64,000 nt of DNA from Azolla caroliniana (GCA_043228905.1 JBHGNT010000009.1:5456001-5520000), one strand, 5' to 3'. Numbered from the stretch's first letter, positions 23,163-38,088 are shown. The notes: generated by a model from the letters alone, not told the origin. Numbers and translations are program-made.

Positions 23163-24198
23163 TCCATTACCCTTATACAGTTAGCCCTCAAAGGGGGTCG
23201 GGGTCGGGGTCATTTACGTTCCCCAAATATGCCTAAATTACCAACAAATTGATGCATAAACTTAATCCTTAAGTCGACACACCCATCCATCTACAAAGTT
23301 TAAAACACTTATACATGAGAAATACATTGTCATGATGTGGCATGCCCAAGGTAGAAAACAAGGAAAAGGGCAAAAAGGGATAACCACAAATATGTAAATA
23401 TGTATTAAAGAAAACAAATAAATACTAATAAAAAATAAATGTTTTCTGGTTAGGGCCATTAATTTTGTATAAGGGGTGTAGAGTTTGAATATTTTTCAGC
23501 ACAAATAAATGAATTATCACTTACTTTTCATTTTTTTAATGCAAAGTGGGGATAGTTTGCATTCAATGGGAATGAGAAACCTCTCTCCTTGTAGGAGGGA
23601 AGAGGACTCATTTAGGGTTCTTCTTTTGGGGAATTTGAAGCTCGACCTTGACATTAAGGTATATTGTTACTTTTTTCTCCTTTTCTTCTTCTCTACCACC
23701 TCTTCTACATCAGAGGTCTTTGTTGTTTTTATCACCACCGAGCTCATTACGTAGGGATGATTACGTGAAGGGATTTGGCTAGCTCGCTTAGGAGCACGAA
23801 ATGGCTTGAGAATAATACTTTAACACTAGGGCGTTGTTGTCGTTGATAGTAGTTGTGGTCTTAGTGATCCACTCGACTCACCTTCACAAGAAGCTCTAAA
23901 TTGCCTCCTTCTTTCTTCTTTCTTCTCATTTTGGCCATTAACATTGTAAAAGTCATTATACTCATGGCATATCATTTGTTGAAACCGTTTTGCTGTAAGA
24001 AAGAGAGTTTTCTCTTTAAAAACCTATATTTTGAGCCATTATCATGTCATAGTATTAGTCAAGTGCACTACTATTGACCATGTGTGATTACAACTAATCG
24101 TGTATTAATTGCCCTTCACCATTGTGGGTGAGTGTGAGGAGGGTTAAGTTATTGCCGGAGGACGAGCCTTGCCACTCTTCATTTACCAAGTAGTGCTT

Positions 24199-24666
24199 TG
24201 TAAAGAATCGGATATAATTCTTGTGCAACGGAAGAGATGTGTGTTATGTGTATGTGCGTGTGAGAGAGAGAAGAGAGGAGAGAAGAGAAAACACAAGATA
24301 GATTAGATAGAGTGGAAAATAGAATACTCAAGAAGAAGGTGTATATTCACAAGGAGAATATTAGATACAAAAATGTAGCATTATAAGGAGTCACAACTGA
24401 CACCATATGAAGTAAGAGGAGGGTGCTTTATATAAGGTCACCCTCTTTCTTCATTAACTCACTACAATAACTACTCTCTCTTAGGGAATGTGAAGACTCA
24501 TTGTCATGGGAAATATGGAAGTCATTAGTTATGTGTCATAAAATATGATTCTATGACACATAGTTAATGTGTAAAGAGTAGTGGTGTGACCCTTGACCTT
24601 TGAGTGATCATAGATTCTCTAAGGGTGTGTTCACATGTTGCACTAGGTTGAGCTTGATTCTCAACA
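24199..24666 (-). mobile_element. Solo LTR related to the copia LTR at 58824-59270
   Basis: TG..CA termini. The end GAGCTTGATTCTCAACA is the reverse complement of that family's LTR start. TSD TGCTT/TGCTC. Confidence 0.85.
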
Positions 24667-27249
24667 TGCTCAATAAGGAGTCAGTTTCATTCAAGGCTTG
24701 ACATGGGAAAATTGCTCAATAAGGCTCTCCTTGAGAAGATACCTTTGTGTCCTTGTGGAACCTGCATAGTTGTACTTTATATTTAGGCCTAATAAGCCAT
24801 TATTTATGGAAATGATTTAATGCAAGAAAATTTCCTAATCCGCATGTATCCAAATTTCAATACTAATGGAAGCATCAAATCTCTATGAAAACAAAAAACA
24901 ATTTGGAATTTAAATAAAAAATTGTTGAGTGGCGGATTCGAACCACACGTTAGGATTTTGGAGAATCGAATGACTTTTTGTTGGATGATGCTTAATCATG
25001 GAGGAAGTGCCAAAATTTATTCCATCGTCTAGGCTTGTCCACATGAAGAAACTTGTTAAAAAGGAAGTGAACCCAAATGATTCATTGTGTGGACACAAAA
25101 ACTATTGAGTAAAGAGCTTTGAGTTAGCTCCAAGTGTGTTACATTAAGGGGATGTCTTTGTATTATCGACTTTTGCCTCCATGCTAATATCATTGGCCGA
25201 GGGGTTCAAACCACTATATACTATATTAGTGGCAAATTGGGCAAGTGTGGTTATGAATCATTCTCAAGACGCTAGCCTCCCAACCCTCACTCTCACTTCT
25301 CTAAGACAACCCTAATTAAGAAGTTAATCTAAGACTTAAATGTTAACTACACACATCACACACATGAAAGCACAAGGCGGAACATAGTAGTACACACACA
25401 CCTTGATTAAGGAGTGAGAACTCTAGCTTAGGTCAAAGGGGAGAGAAAAACAAAGAGATCCAAAGGAAGCTAAAAAGTAAAAAGTTATGACTTTATAGTT
25501 TTTTTAAAAAGGCAAAAAGTCCCCTTTCACATTAGGGTGGCCTTTTGGCTAAAAGACCTAGAGCAACTTTTCTTTACTCCCTTTTTTCTTGTTCTTGCAT
25601 ATGTGCGAATGCCGTCATGGATTCTATATCGTGCTTTGTATGGCAACGGCTTAACAAGCTCTTAAAAGCATTTTCACACAAAGGTTAAGTTAAAAGAGTT
25701 CCATTGTAGGAACCCCCCACCATGCCCACCAGTTCTATTGTGTATAGAGCGCTACACGAATGAACTCCTTTGTGGGGGTCAACGACATGAAATGTAAGAA
25801 AAGGAAGAGAGGAGCAAGGGACGGACCCACTCCCTATCAATGTGGCAATTATACTTGTTGCTTGGTAATTTTTGTCGGCACATTTTATGCGACCTTGTTC
25901 CCAGACCCTAGGTTTGATGCCAAGCTTAGGGCTCACTCTACATCAAGTTATTATCCTTCCCCCTTACTTTTCTTTCCTCCTTATCCCTTTAATGCGTACT
26001 ACTCAAAAGTGGGGGCGGGAGAGGGACTTGATGTTCCCCAAATACCCCTGAAATACCAATAAAATTTAAGCTTGCATACTTAGACCATTCCCCAAGTATG
26101 TTTTAGTATTTACTATTAATATTACTATGAGTTCCTTTTGATATCTATTTCATCCAAATTTCTAAATTCTAGTTCAAATCTTCTTAAAAATTTTAATTCG
26201 ATTCTAATAACTCACCCATCCGAATCATTTCATCCATCTCTTAGTCAAGAACCTTGGTGGTTCTATAAATGCATTTGATGTGTCGCGACCTCGAATATTC
26301 ATTTGAAAATGCAAACATGTTTGAATGTGTGGAACTCATGGAAATCGATTAATTATTGACAAATTTATCAAATAAAATATTGATAGAGTATCCATTAATG
26401 ATCTATTAATGATTGGTGAATAATGAAGAAATATCAATAAATGATAGATTAATGGAATATGACAATTGATTAATAAGTAATACAACATCGTTAAAAGCTC
26501 AATTAAATATCTAACATTGATTGATTAAAGAAAAAAATTGATGTTCAAATAAGACATTGATAAACAAACCTTTGAAAGAGAGAATGACCTTTGAAAGTCA
26601 AAACTTGTACACACACTCGGATGGTGGAGGATATAACAATGGAGAAAGATACTCACAAAACATGGACCCCAAGCTTGAACATGAAAGTGGGAGGGAGGGG
26701 TGGAAATGAAGCAAAATAAACTAGAATTGGCATGTGGCAAGCATGATCACATTGAGGTAAATTGGTGTAAGAAAAAGGGTGATGTCAGCAATGGTCGACA
26801 ACTCACCAACTCCTTTGATCACGAAGACTATGCGAAAAGTTCATGATGAACCATAAGGAAAACTCAATAACAACAAACTATGGAGTGGACGACGTATGAA
26901 TTTTTCATATGACTAAATCTAGCCACATGAAAATTCATGGGTAATGGTCTCACGACTTGTGGCAAGTGACTTGACTACATGAAGATGAGCAATGACACCA
27001 TGCACTAGATTTGCCACATTGGAGATATCCCATGCAATGGCAATGGGCATTGAAAACACAACAAGAATTTCTTCAATGTTCTCATTATTACAAAGAACTT
27101 AATTGTTATATATGGTGTCAATATATTGTTCATTCTGCTAGTTGAGTTGGTGCTTTGATTTTCAACTTGATTCACTACCTACATGGCCTTTATGCCTAGT
27201 CATTCCAAATAATGCTCGCCCCTTTCTTGTCTTATTGTGGTTGCTGGCA

Positions 27250-28010
27250 CAAACTTAGCCAATATGAAAGGCAAAATGTCTATTAGACATGTTGTAAGAT
27301 GTTTATAGTTAAAATAAATATTGGCTTGGTTAGCCATACATGGTGACTTGTGATTGCCTTTGGGTGGCATAAATAAGAAACTAGAAGACATGGATCATGA
27401 TGATTAGGATGAGCTTGACCTTATGACCATGTTGACTACACACTTACATAGGGTAGATAATGTGTTTTTTAGTATTCTAGAAGGGAAGGCCTCTGAAAAT
27501 CTATTGAAAAAGTTATTCAATTTTACGAGAAGAAAACTACATCAAATAAAGTATATCCAATGAGGATGCTCAATGACCTTCACATAAAGGACATTGATAA
27601 TGTTGTGTCTCATCTAATGAATTTGATGCATTATCATCTTAGTTGCATGATAAGAAAATCACCTCATATAATGAATTTAAATATGTTTTCGAGTTATGAA
27701 CATTGCAATCTGCCTTTATCTTGGGATAAATTTTGCACAACTATAAGCAAGAGTGCACAATAGGGGAAGCTTGACCATAATGATATGCATAGAGCATTGT
27801 TGATTGAAGGAACTCGTAGAAAATCTATGGTTGATTCACATCGTGGTGATCCATATATTGTTAGTGATTCTTGTTACGACAAAACCAACAAGTCAAACAA
27901 GAAATTTGTAACTAGGAAAGGAGCATAAGTAAATCATAAAAGAAAAATGTTGAATGTCATTACTATCATAAATCGGGGCATTTTAAGAACAAAAGTAAAG
28001 CCCACACTAA
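27250..28010 (+). pseudogene. Highly degenerate copia gag fragment
   Basis: KKLEDMDHDD*DELDL..VDNVFF, LPLSWDKFCTTISKS, and knuckle relic ECHYYHKSGHFK. Confidence 0.7.
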
Positions 28011-28199
28011 TGGGCATGTTAAAAAACTATTTAGTTCCTCTTCCTCTTTAGTGAAGATAGAGGAAATAAATGACATATTTGATGATGATGAGGAGTTAAC
28101 TTTGAATAACGTTATGACACACATGGAAGTAATGGTGGCTCATTTATATTAGAATATGGGATGCAAGTTCAACACAAATGAAGATTTTTTGAGAGAGTT

Positions 28200-28850
28200 T
28201 AGGAGCATCACAAGCCTATATCAAAGATACGATTTGTGACTACTTTATTCAATTTATGTAATGACCAACCCAAAGGGTTCATCCACAAAGCTTTCAGAGA
28301 ACACAAGGTGAAACCAACCTCTAGCCACGTCAAAGTATTGCTTCTAATTGATTTTCTTGAGATAGCAAAATCTTTTAGATAGAACACATAATTTTGGTGA
28401 AATTTAGTGGCCTTACAATCAACATTGTCAAATCGGAAAGTTAGCCACCATCAAGGGACTATCAAGAGGAGGAAATTGAAGTGGTTAATGGTTTCAAATA
28501 CCTTGGTTGAGACACCCCATTGACACACTAGGAATGGGTATCTTATTACGAGAATGGAAGCCCTCACAATTCAATGTATATTAGAGGATTAAGAGTTTGA
28601 TGCATATGGGGTTACAAAACTTTGGGTAGTGGAATGCAAGTTTGGAGAGGAAATATTTTAACAAGCTCATGGTCCAATGCATTAGGAAAAGTACTAAAGA
28701 AACTTATATGTCAACATATTGTAATCAAAAGAATATGTCAATTTCGAATGTATCATTTTATGAGAACAATGCTGATTTTTGAGAATTCTGACAAGTTTGT
28801 ACTAGCTTTCAAGAGCTCACAACAAGATCAAAACCACCATTTATGACACT
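28200..28850 (+). pseudogene. Degenerate non-LTR (RTE-like LINE) RT C-terminal fragment
   Basis: FSGLTINIVKSE ... EEIEVVNGFKYLG motifs. Confidence 0.6.
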
Positions 28851-30699
28851 AGCAATGCTATTTTGTTCCTCTACTTGACTATGTAACCAAACTTAAAGAA
28901 AATCAATACTATGAAATTAGAAAACAAACTATCGTATTTAGATCTTTACATTTACTTCTTTTTTTCATTGTTCCAAAAATGTTTAGCTACACAAATGAAA
29001 AGACTCCTTTGAGATGATTGTGGTTGCATAGGCCATGCTACTCTCCATGGACATGGTATCAATGCTCAAAACAACCTCACACACAATATAGGGGAATCAA
29101 TATTTGCATTTGTTACATGGAGTAATTTTGAGTAGGGAATTATTTTGATTTTGCTTAGTTGGTTGTTCATAATGGGTTTATAACCACGTGGTGACAACTT
29201 ATGATAGTAATATGATTTCATAAACAATCTTGATGGCAAATGTAAGTACTTTTTGACCTACTAACAAAACAAGAATGATTAGTTCGTGCAACAAACCCTA
29301 CTCATTAGGCATTTTAGAGCATTCATGAATCACAAGATTATGAAATTTCCTCTTAATGATTTCTTTGACTAGTAAAAAGAATAGTGGACAGACAAACTAC
29401 AAGTAAACTATAGAAAATACTCATTGTAATAGGGTTAATATAAATGTTATTGTAGCAAAAGATATTGGAATATCAATAGATAACCCTAGCAAAAGAGTCT
29501 TGTAGCTTATCTTTTATAATATATTTAATAGTTATAGGTTAAGGATGCTACTTCCATGTGGTCAAGATCTATCAATCTGTCGATAGTAATCTAGTAAATA
29601 TTGAAGTACCACATTGTCATGACGATTATGAATCAATTATTAGGTGATCATGACAGGATGCAAGTATATAGTAAAACTCAACATGGTAATTAACTAAAGT
29701 AGTGGGCTACTTCCTAGCAAAATTTCAATGTGATACTCCAAGGGATAATGTGTGAGAGCATGTAAACATTTATAATCATTGTCACATCAGAACATTAAAT
29801 TTACTAACTAAAACAATAACTTCTTTCCATTTTGGCAAGTATCGATATTTCGCAGACTACATTTAACTTGATGAGCTATATCTCTATCATATTAAAAGCA
29901 GGACAAAAAAAATTTAAGAACAAGACTTCAAGAGCGTTTAATAGAGGAACGTTAAGTAGACGAATATGAAATCATGCACATTAATTGTCTTCTACCGAGA
30001 AAATGTCGAGTTACAAACTCACTTTCAATACCCATTGGCCAAGGGTTTTAAATTCTTCATGTTTTTAGATGGAGATCATGCATATCAACAATTTGCTCCA
30101 CTTCCAACAACCAAAAGTTGAAAACACCAACAACTACATTATTTGCGATTCCTTTGTCATATTGTAAAGACCTTTTTTTAAATGTGGTAGTTTAGGCAAA
30201 GCCTCACTACTAGAATTTGAAAATCTTGAATTGGATAGAAGCTACAAATGGACAAAAGTAATTGTTGAATACAAAAATGTAACTCTCTCCTTATCTCTTG
30301 GTGTCCACTGAACAAAATTACCCACCTTTTATGTGATTAAAATTTAATAATTTATTTCTTTACATAATGCATGTGCTCACCATAGTTGTAAAATGCTTAG
30401 CATACAATACGTGGACAATATGTGCGACACATATTTTTAAAAGTATTCTAGCTTTTCGTAAATATACTCAAAATACATCATTTTAAGATCATATGTGTAG
30501 AATACCTGAAATACTTCATATATTTGTATTGCATCCACCAATTATTTGTTTTCCAAATTTTATGTTTATTATTATTTTATTTTTTGAAAACGTCAAATCC
30601 TTGGTAATGTAGAACATATATAATATGTATGTTAAATACATGAAACATTTTGAAATGGTACCTCTAAAACTCTAAAACATAGAATACATTGTGGTGATG

Positions 30700-31870
30700 T
30701 GGTGTGTACAATGGAGAAAAGTCTTTACAACCTAAGTTTATAATAGGCTAAGGTTATGGACAATGAAATTATCGAAAGGAAAGAAATGAATGCTTGATCC
30801 TTATCTTCAATTGCTCATGTGTGTGATATGTTGTGGTCCTGTTGCAATATTAACATGGGATCTAGGGGGTAGGTTTTGGTCACATTCCTTGGGGGAACAG
30901 GTCATAAAGGTTCCCTTCTTTCAGTAATCAGTAAAACTTGGAAGATCATTACTGCTCTCTCGGAATGTAACGATACCAGCAGCTCAGAAAATGGAATGAA
31001 ACTTATTGGAGATGGATCTGGTCATTTAAGGGCCAACTAAATTTATTCTCTTCATATGGCTATTAGTGCATATGGCATTACCCGTTGGTCATTCATTGAA
31101 AGGGAATGTAGCACCTAATCTTCGGCAATGTGGTTTTTTCCATGAAGCTCAGGAGATTGCCAAGCATGTCCTCTGGTCTTGTCCCTTGGCTCAACAAGTA
31201 TGGAATAAAGTCCTTTCGTTATTCTTGACAATCAATTCCGCCTACCTATTTTCATGGGGATCAGTGATGTGGGGAGTGTTACATTCCAACTTGATGTTGT
31301 ATGAGGCAGACGATGTTCAGGAGGCAAGGACGATACATAATAGAAGATTGATAATAGTTAGCCTCTTTCAGCAACCTCGAAAGTAGGTGTGATCTATCCA
31401 ACTTTGGAAAACAATGACCATGGTAACATTATGGGCATTATGGAAATGTCGATGTAACCGACTTAACGATGTAGCAGATCTTCATCTCTAAAATGTCCTA
31501 CTTGAGATATGAGAGAACTTGTTGGCAGTAGTCTGTGGTCAGTATGACAATATGCATGGTTCCCTAGAGACTGTGAACAAGAGAAGGAAGAAGCTTCTTC
31601 ACTTATGGAATAAGTTGCCCCTATTTACAGAGTCAACTCAAGGGCCTCAATGACACTATCGACTTCCATGGACCCTTTCTTGAATATCAGTAAATCATGG
31701 CAGTGTACATCAACAAATTCCAACACCTTCTACAAAGTTCTATCTTTGGTTTTAGGATTATTGTACATAATTTTACATAAAAAGTTGTAAGCTTTTGGGC
31801 AGACAAGTTCAAGTTGTAGCCTTCAGGTTTTTTTTTCTTAACACTATTGAAGAAAATATTTGAAAAACAG
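30700..31870 (+). mobile_element. 5'-truncated LINE (zf-RVT domain plus 3' UTR)
   Basis: QEIAKHVLWSCPLAQQVWNKV (zf-RVT-like) and LWALWKCRC. It has an A-rich end and high similarity to 38089-38820. The 5' boundary is approximate. Confidence 0.85.
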
Positions 31871-32340
31871 AATAAATGAATTTATCAAAAGAGATCTATA
31901 ATAGATAACGATTAAACAAATAAAGAAGTATAGCTCAATAGGCAAGATCTAACTTTGGGAAAATTGATATATTGTGCACAAAATATATGGACGAGATATA
32001 TGGTGAAAACGAAGCCTATAAAAAAGTTGAGTATCAAAGTCAAGTGCTATAAAAAGGACGTTACTATTTTGGTAAGTGATCTCTTGAAACCTATGAAAGG
32101 AGAAGGAGAGCTCAATGGATGACCATTTGGGTACTGAAGATCCAGGTTGTCCTAGTGAGTGATTTAGACCACACATCAGAGGGCAGAAGACATTTGCAAT
32201 GACTAAAAAGTGATGTGGCGTGGATCAGGACTCTTCATGGTTACTGTAAAAAATTATTTCTTCTTATTCCCTTGATTTTGTTCTATTTTGAATCTGGATC
32301 TAGCCACCCAATGTAATAGGATTAAGGATTTTACCTTGCA

Positions 32341-32342
<2 letters not shown>

Positions 32343-32412
<70 letters not shown>

Positions 32413-32430
32413 GCATACACACACACACAT
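32343..32430. repeat. (AC)n microsatellite
   Basis: About 34 uninterrupted AC units plus an interrupted tail. Confidence 0.98.
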
Positions 32431-34468
32431 ACACGAATAGGCACATATATATACACCCACATACTAAAGTATGTGTTTTTTAACGACGGTGATGCCCACA
32501 TGGATGTTCCTTGGGTTTGAATTGAAAAGGACACGTCGAATGTTGGAATGATGCCTTCTCAATGTTTTTTGGAGGAACAACACTTTTTTAATTGCTTGGG
32601 CCATGACTCTTGCTAAGGAGATCTTAACATGACACATAAAATGGGAGACACCTTAAAATGAGATGCTTTTCTAGTCATAATCAATACTAGTCTCGTTCTT
32701 TCTCTCTATAGACACATGATTGCATGTAACACTTTCTAGACATAATCAAAATTCATAAATAGGCAAATCATTGCTAAGATTTCATGAGTGGCCTTCTAAT
32801 TCTTACAATATTGAAGTACAATGGAATCTCGCGAGAATATCTGAGAATGTGTTAAGCAATTGCATGTTGGCTTCTAAGGGCATGTTTCTTTGTGGAAATG
32901 CAATAACATTTTGTTAGGAGCATGATATTACAACATGCCATCACCATCTTCTTCATCAAAACAAGTAAAGAAAAACAATGGGATATACTCTATTGGATAG
33001 CGGCAATGCGTGTAAATCAAAGAGGTAACACCTCACAGGATAATTCTCAACAACCCAAGAACTAAGAACATTTATGCTCGCTACAGGGGAAAATGGGCCA
33101 ATCCTAATGTGGTAGCTTTGTGTCAAGCCATGCACTCGTGTGTAGCTACAATGGCTCAAGGTCATCATATTAAAAAACAAAACATTATTTTCACATCTCA
33201 AAGAGTGTGAGTCAGGAATGGGCAAGACAACATGGCTTAGCTAAGTACAATGGTCTAGACTTAACTTGGGTTGAGGAGATGTGGATGACCATACACAAAG
33301 GCGTAAACAAGTTGTTAGAGCCTATGTACCACAAGGACTAGCATTATGGTAAATGTGTTGTTAGGGGGAAATGGTGTGTGTGAAATTTGACCAAGAACAT
33401 TGAGTTTGGGGGAATGTACCACAATGACTAGGGAAGATAGTGTTGAGGATTACACTCTTGAAGTTTGTCGATGATATTTGTTTGAGATGACGTGTATGCA
33501 CGTGTCCACATCCAATGTTTCATTCGATATGTGCAGAAGCACTTAGAGTTTCCCTTGGAGAATGTAGGTGTGGACGGGTGCATGTGAATGATAGCCCTTT
33601 TGGATACTTATATTGGAATTTGGAATGTGCACTTAGTAAGGAGCTGACCAATATATGTTTCATTTTAACTGTTTGAGTGTGTGCCTCATGTGTGACTATG
33701 CATATGTATGTGTGTGCATAAATGTGTATGTGCGATTTACTGTATTCTTTACATGTAATTGTCTATTTGAGTGTGTGTTTGTGTTAAATGTGTTTACATG
33801 TGTTCAAGCATGCTTGTTTGTGTATATGTGCAAACGTGTGTGTATTTTGAGCTAATGTGTGTGTTTTTTTTTATAATGTTATTGCGAATTTGTTTATAAT
33901 TTGGGGGAAGGGGATGGTATACGAGTTATGCACGTATATTTTTATAGGAAATTCAAGTGTTTTTGAAGAGCATAAAGTTCTCTTTTTTTTCTTTGGGTAG
34001 AAGTTGTTTTTTTTCTTTGTTGGGGAAATAGAGGTAAAGGGAGCAACAACAATATTAACAATACTTCTTGTTGCTTCCCCCGCTTCTCCCTTATGTCTCT
34101 AAGTTGTGTAGAGGTTATGGTTTACAAAATTCATCAAGTTTTATTGTGTGAGCTTTGCATGATAGAATTCATTCAAATCTATCATTGTGAGTTCACATGA
34201 GAAAACACCTTGGAGTTCTATCGTGTTCCTCATGATAGAGTTCCTTGGTTGGGGCTTACACACATTGGGCTCCACATGAGAGAACCTTTCAAATTCTCTT
34301 GTGCTGAGCTTAATAACAAAGTTTTAAGCAATCCCAAAGCATTGCCCAACAAAAGGGCACTAGATCTACAAGATTTGGAGATGTGGGTTAGACTCTTGCT
34401 GCTAATTTGTTTTTGTAGACCCAATGACATGTATTTCCAAATTTGGCTTTTTGACAATAAAAAAGCTT

Positions 34469-34655
34469 GAATATGAGAGATTTTTTTTTTGAAATTCCAT
34501 TGTTTTGGCTTGTGACCGATTTTAACAAATTACTTGGTGGCATGTGGATGGACAATCCCCATGTTCTTCTTGAATATGAGAGATTGAGAAATAACAAAAT
34601 TTCATTATTTCACCTTGTGACCGGTTTTAGTGAGGTATGTGGTGGCATGTGGATA
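34469..34655. repeat. ~103-bp diverged tandem duplication
   Basis: GAATATGAGAGATT...CTTGTGACCG...GGTGGCATGTGGAT occurs twice. Confidence 0.75.
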
Positions 34656-34724
34656 CGAATTAGAATAATATCGTGGGATTCACAAGGATACAAAGTGTCA
34701 AGATTCGAACTCTTGACACGACCA

Positions 34725-37700
34725 TGTTATAATCTAGTATTATGGGTTAACCAAGATATCTAGTACTAGTTATGTATGTAATTGGTCCTTATTATTTTGC
34801 TAGCATCATGTGCATAGTTGCTCCCTTGTAGTATTTACACTTGGCACATGCATGCATACCTACATGCTCTATTGTAGATTCACATGTGTGCAACAAGTAT
34901 GCATGCCATGTAGTATAAATAGAGGAGTTCACCTTGAAGGAATTCAAGGTGAACAACACCAGTTATGGAGTCTTTCCTTTAATACTATCTTCTTTCTTGT
35001 CCATTTGGTTATCTTCTTGCTTGTCTCTTGAGTTTATGATCCGTGACACAAAGGTGTTCTTCTTGAGGAGAGGCTTAGGGAAACACTTTTCCAACGTTAA
35101 GTTGTTACGATAACAAGTGGTTTGTTTGGCCTACAAGGGAAATGTGAGTCCATAGGTTCCACGACACAAAGGTGCTCTTCTCGAGGAGAACCTTATTGAG
35201 CACTTATCTTATATTGATCTTATGGAGCCAAGTTTTCGGTGGGTGAGGAGAAATGACATTCCCTTTTTCCTCTTGATGAAGAAAAAAGATGGAACTTGAC
35301 AACTATGTATCAATTATGGTCGGTCAATAGTCTACAAGGAACGAAATACTTTTCTAAGATATTTGATTTGAGAACTAGTTGTCACCAGATTTGCTTCGCT
35401 AAAAATGATATTCCAAAAACAACATTTCCTATGCACTATGGCCTTTATGACTCATGAGTTTCTAATCATGCCTTTTGGTTCAAATAATGCTCTGACCACA
35501 TTCCAACAAGAAATGAACGATATGTTTCGATACCAAATAATACAATTTATAGTTGTATTCTTAGTTGATATTCTTATTTATAGTCGTACCTTAGACAAAC
35601 ATGGTAAACACATTTGTTTTGTCCTCCAAACTCTATGTGACAAATAATTTTTTGCCAATTGAAATGAGAGTTTTTCAAGAAGTTGATGATTTATCTTTGA
35701 CATTTGATCATTGAACAATGTGTACAAATTGATCCTTATTGAATAAGCAAAGTCAAAATCAGGTCTACTCATGTGTAATAGGCTCCTTTGCTTCTTTTAT
35801 GCGACCCATCTAAACCTTTTGGGTTGAGTTTGATGCAAGTGATTATTCAATTGGGAAAATCTTGTATCAAGATGGAAAAACCATCACATTTGAGAGTATG
35901 AAACTCATTCTTACTCAATGTCAGTAATGAATTCTAGAAAAAGAACCATTTGCAAACAATAGCTATGTAGAAATCATTTTGTGGTAACTATGGATGATTA
36001 GTCTTTGAAATATTTTTTGTGACCAACAAGATCTCTTGGTTCATAAGGCGTTGTCATGATGGGGCGTGGCCAAAGGAGGAAAACGAGGAAAAGGGAGTTT
36101 TCACACACATTACATTACTATATGTAGATGTGAAAAGAAATTAATAATAAATAAGAAATATTTTTTGTGACCAACAAGATCTCTTGGTTCATAAGGCGTG
36201 TTGGGCAAATCTCGTTCATGGCTTTGATTTATGTATATGGCATCCTAAAGGATCCGCGTACACTACTGCTTATGGATTGAGTCATATTCATGAAGTTAAC
36301 ATGCAAGCAAGATTAATTTGATCTCTATGAATGCATTTGAGGAAAGTACCTTGATGATAGTTTCTTTAGGAAATTATGAGGCAAGAGTTGAAACTAGAAA
36401 GATGCAATAAACACCTCCTCACATTGCAAACGATATGCTCTACCTACCATATGGAAAGGTTTGTGATTGCTATTTACTCAATGTCAGCAAGAAAATTGCT
36501 TTTTGAATGCCATGACGCACCCTCAACAAGACATTCTAGGATATATCATATGCTTGTTTTTATCTCTGCTTATCTTTTATAGCCTAAAATGCTTCTTAAC
36601 ATCTATGTCAAATTAACAAAACTACATACCTTCTAGAGAATTTAGTTATTCTTAATAACAATTAGGAAAGGATATCAGTGGATTTTATTGTTAGTTTCTC
36701 ATGCACTCATAAAGGCCATGAGTGGTTATGGCATGGATAGATTAAGAAAATTGAACATATTCATTTTAATGAAAAACAAGATGACAACTCAAGACTTGTC
36801 TTACGAATTTCTTAATGAGTTATTCTAATTCTATGAGTTATTGATGGATATAATGAGTTACAAATATCATAAGTTTACTCGTGATTTTTTGATGCAAGTC
36901 TTGAAGAAACTAGAAACTACTTTGAACATAAGTTCCACAAACCATCCTCAGTCTTATGGACAAATAAAATGATGTAATTAGATAATTGAGGATATGCTTT
37001 GAGGTTATGTCGCTAAGAAACATACCAAATAGGAACAATATCTTCCTATTTTCAAGTTTTGTGATAACAATGCCAAGCATACATTAATTAGATATAGTCC
37101 TTTTATGTTGACGTATGGCTTTCAACTACATGCCATCAACAATATTAGCATTCATCATGATGAGCTACAAAGTACAGAAAACTCTCCAAAAGATATGCAA
37201 GACATGTTGCATTTAACTCTTGACAATATAAAGACGGGTTGACAAGACAGAGTTTGCTTTTATGCTAACCATCATCAACAACCTAATGTATTTCTCCCTA
37301 AGCAAAAAGTGTTTTTACAAGGGCCTCATGACTCTATGAAGTTATCTATGGTAGTGAGCTAAATTTGCCCCATGCTTCACAATTATCAAGGGCTCTTGGG
37401 TTTGTAATGATAATTCATTTTTTATTAGAAATCTAGTTACTTTTGAGGATTCAACATCCAAACTTCATAGTCCAAGCAAAGGCTCGATTCTAAAATTAAA
37501 GGATTACAATCTAAGCATACTTGAGATTTTAAAATCAAATGGATGGATGATTCTAATGAAAATGCCACCTTGGAATGAAAAGATTCTCTTAAAACCAATA
37601 CCCCTAACTTTTCATCGCAAGAGTGTCATTGTTTGAAGAGGGGGAATTTGTTATAATTATAATTGGTATAATAAATTCTAGTTCTCTAACCTTAAGGTTA

Positions 37701-38066
37701 GTAGGTGCATGCTAGTTCATAAGGAATGAGGGTAAGGATTGAGTTATTCTCAATCCTATAATGGGAGATGAGTTTTGAGTGTTTCACATTCGACCACTAC
37801 TAATAGACAAGGGCCTAGGGTTTGACCCTATATAAGAAGGCTATCTACTTTAATTAAAGGAAGAGATATTTCATTGAGACTCTAACAATGTGCCAAAGCT
37901 CTAGCCATATACATGTGTTCCTCCCGCAAACCCAAGGTACAATCCATGTCCGAACTCAGTTGTATGTGATGATGATGAGGAACTTGGTACAATCTCTAAC
38001 CTTCACCAAGGATTGGTTAGGTGATTTGACATCCTTTCTTCCTTATTTTCTCTTATTTGCATAACA
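34725..38066 (+). mobile_element. Decayed, internally deleted Ty3/gypsy chromovirus-type retrotransposon
   Basis: RT relic (FLIMPFGSNNALTTFQQEMNDMFR..VVFLVDILIYS), RNase H relic (VEFDASDYSIG), integrase relics (FECHDAP; HPQSYGQ), chromodomain relic (KIKWMDDSNENATLE) and PPT TTGAAGAGGGGGAA. LTR-like TG..CA blocks at 34725-35115 and 37649-38066 share only their termini. Confidence 0.8.
36007..36199 (+). mobile_element. 103-bp A-tailed insert flanked by a perfect 45-bp direct duplication
   Basis: GAAATATTTTTTGTGACCAACAAGATCTCTTGGTTCATAAGGCGT at 36007-36051 and 36155-36199. The insert ends AATTAATAATAAATAA. Confidence 0.85.
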
Positions 38067-38088
38067 TTGTCACGAAGTTACAAATGTG

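Noticed and set aside
24900-26000. Possible gypsy integrase tail plus LTR
   Set aside because: It is too degenerate, and I could not establish reliable termini or a TSD
32254-32534. CV-repeat ORFs (and SL-repeat ORFs near 39.9 kb and 59.1 kb)
   Set aside because: These are translations of dinucleotide microsatellites
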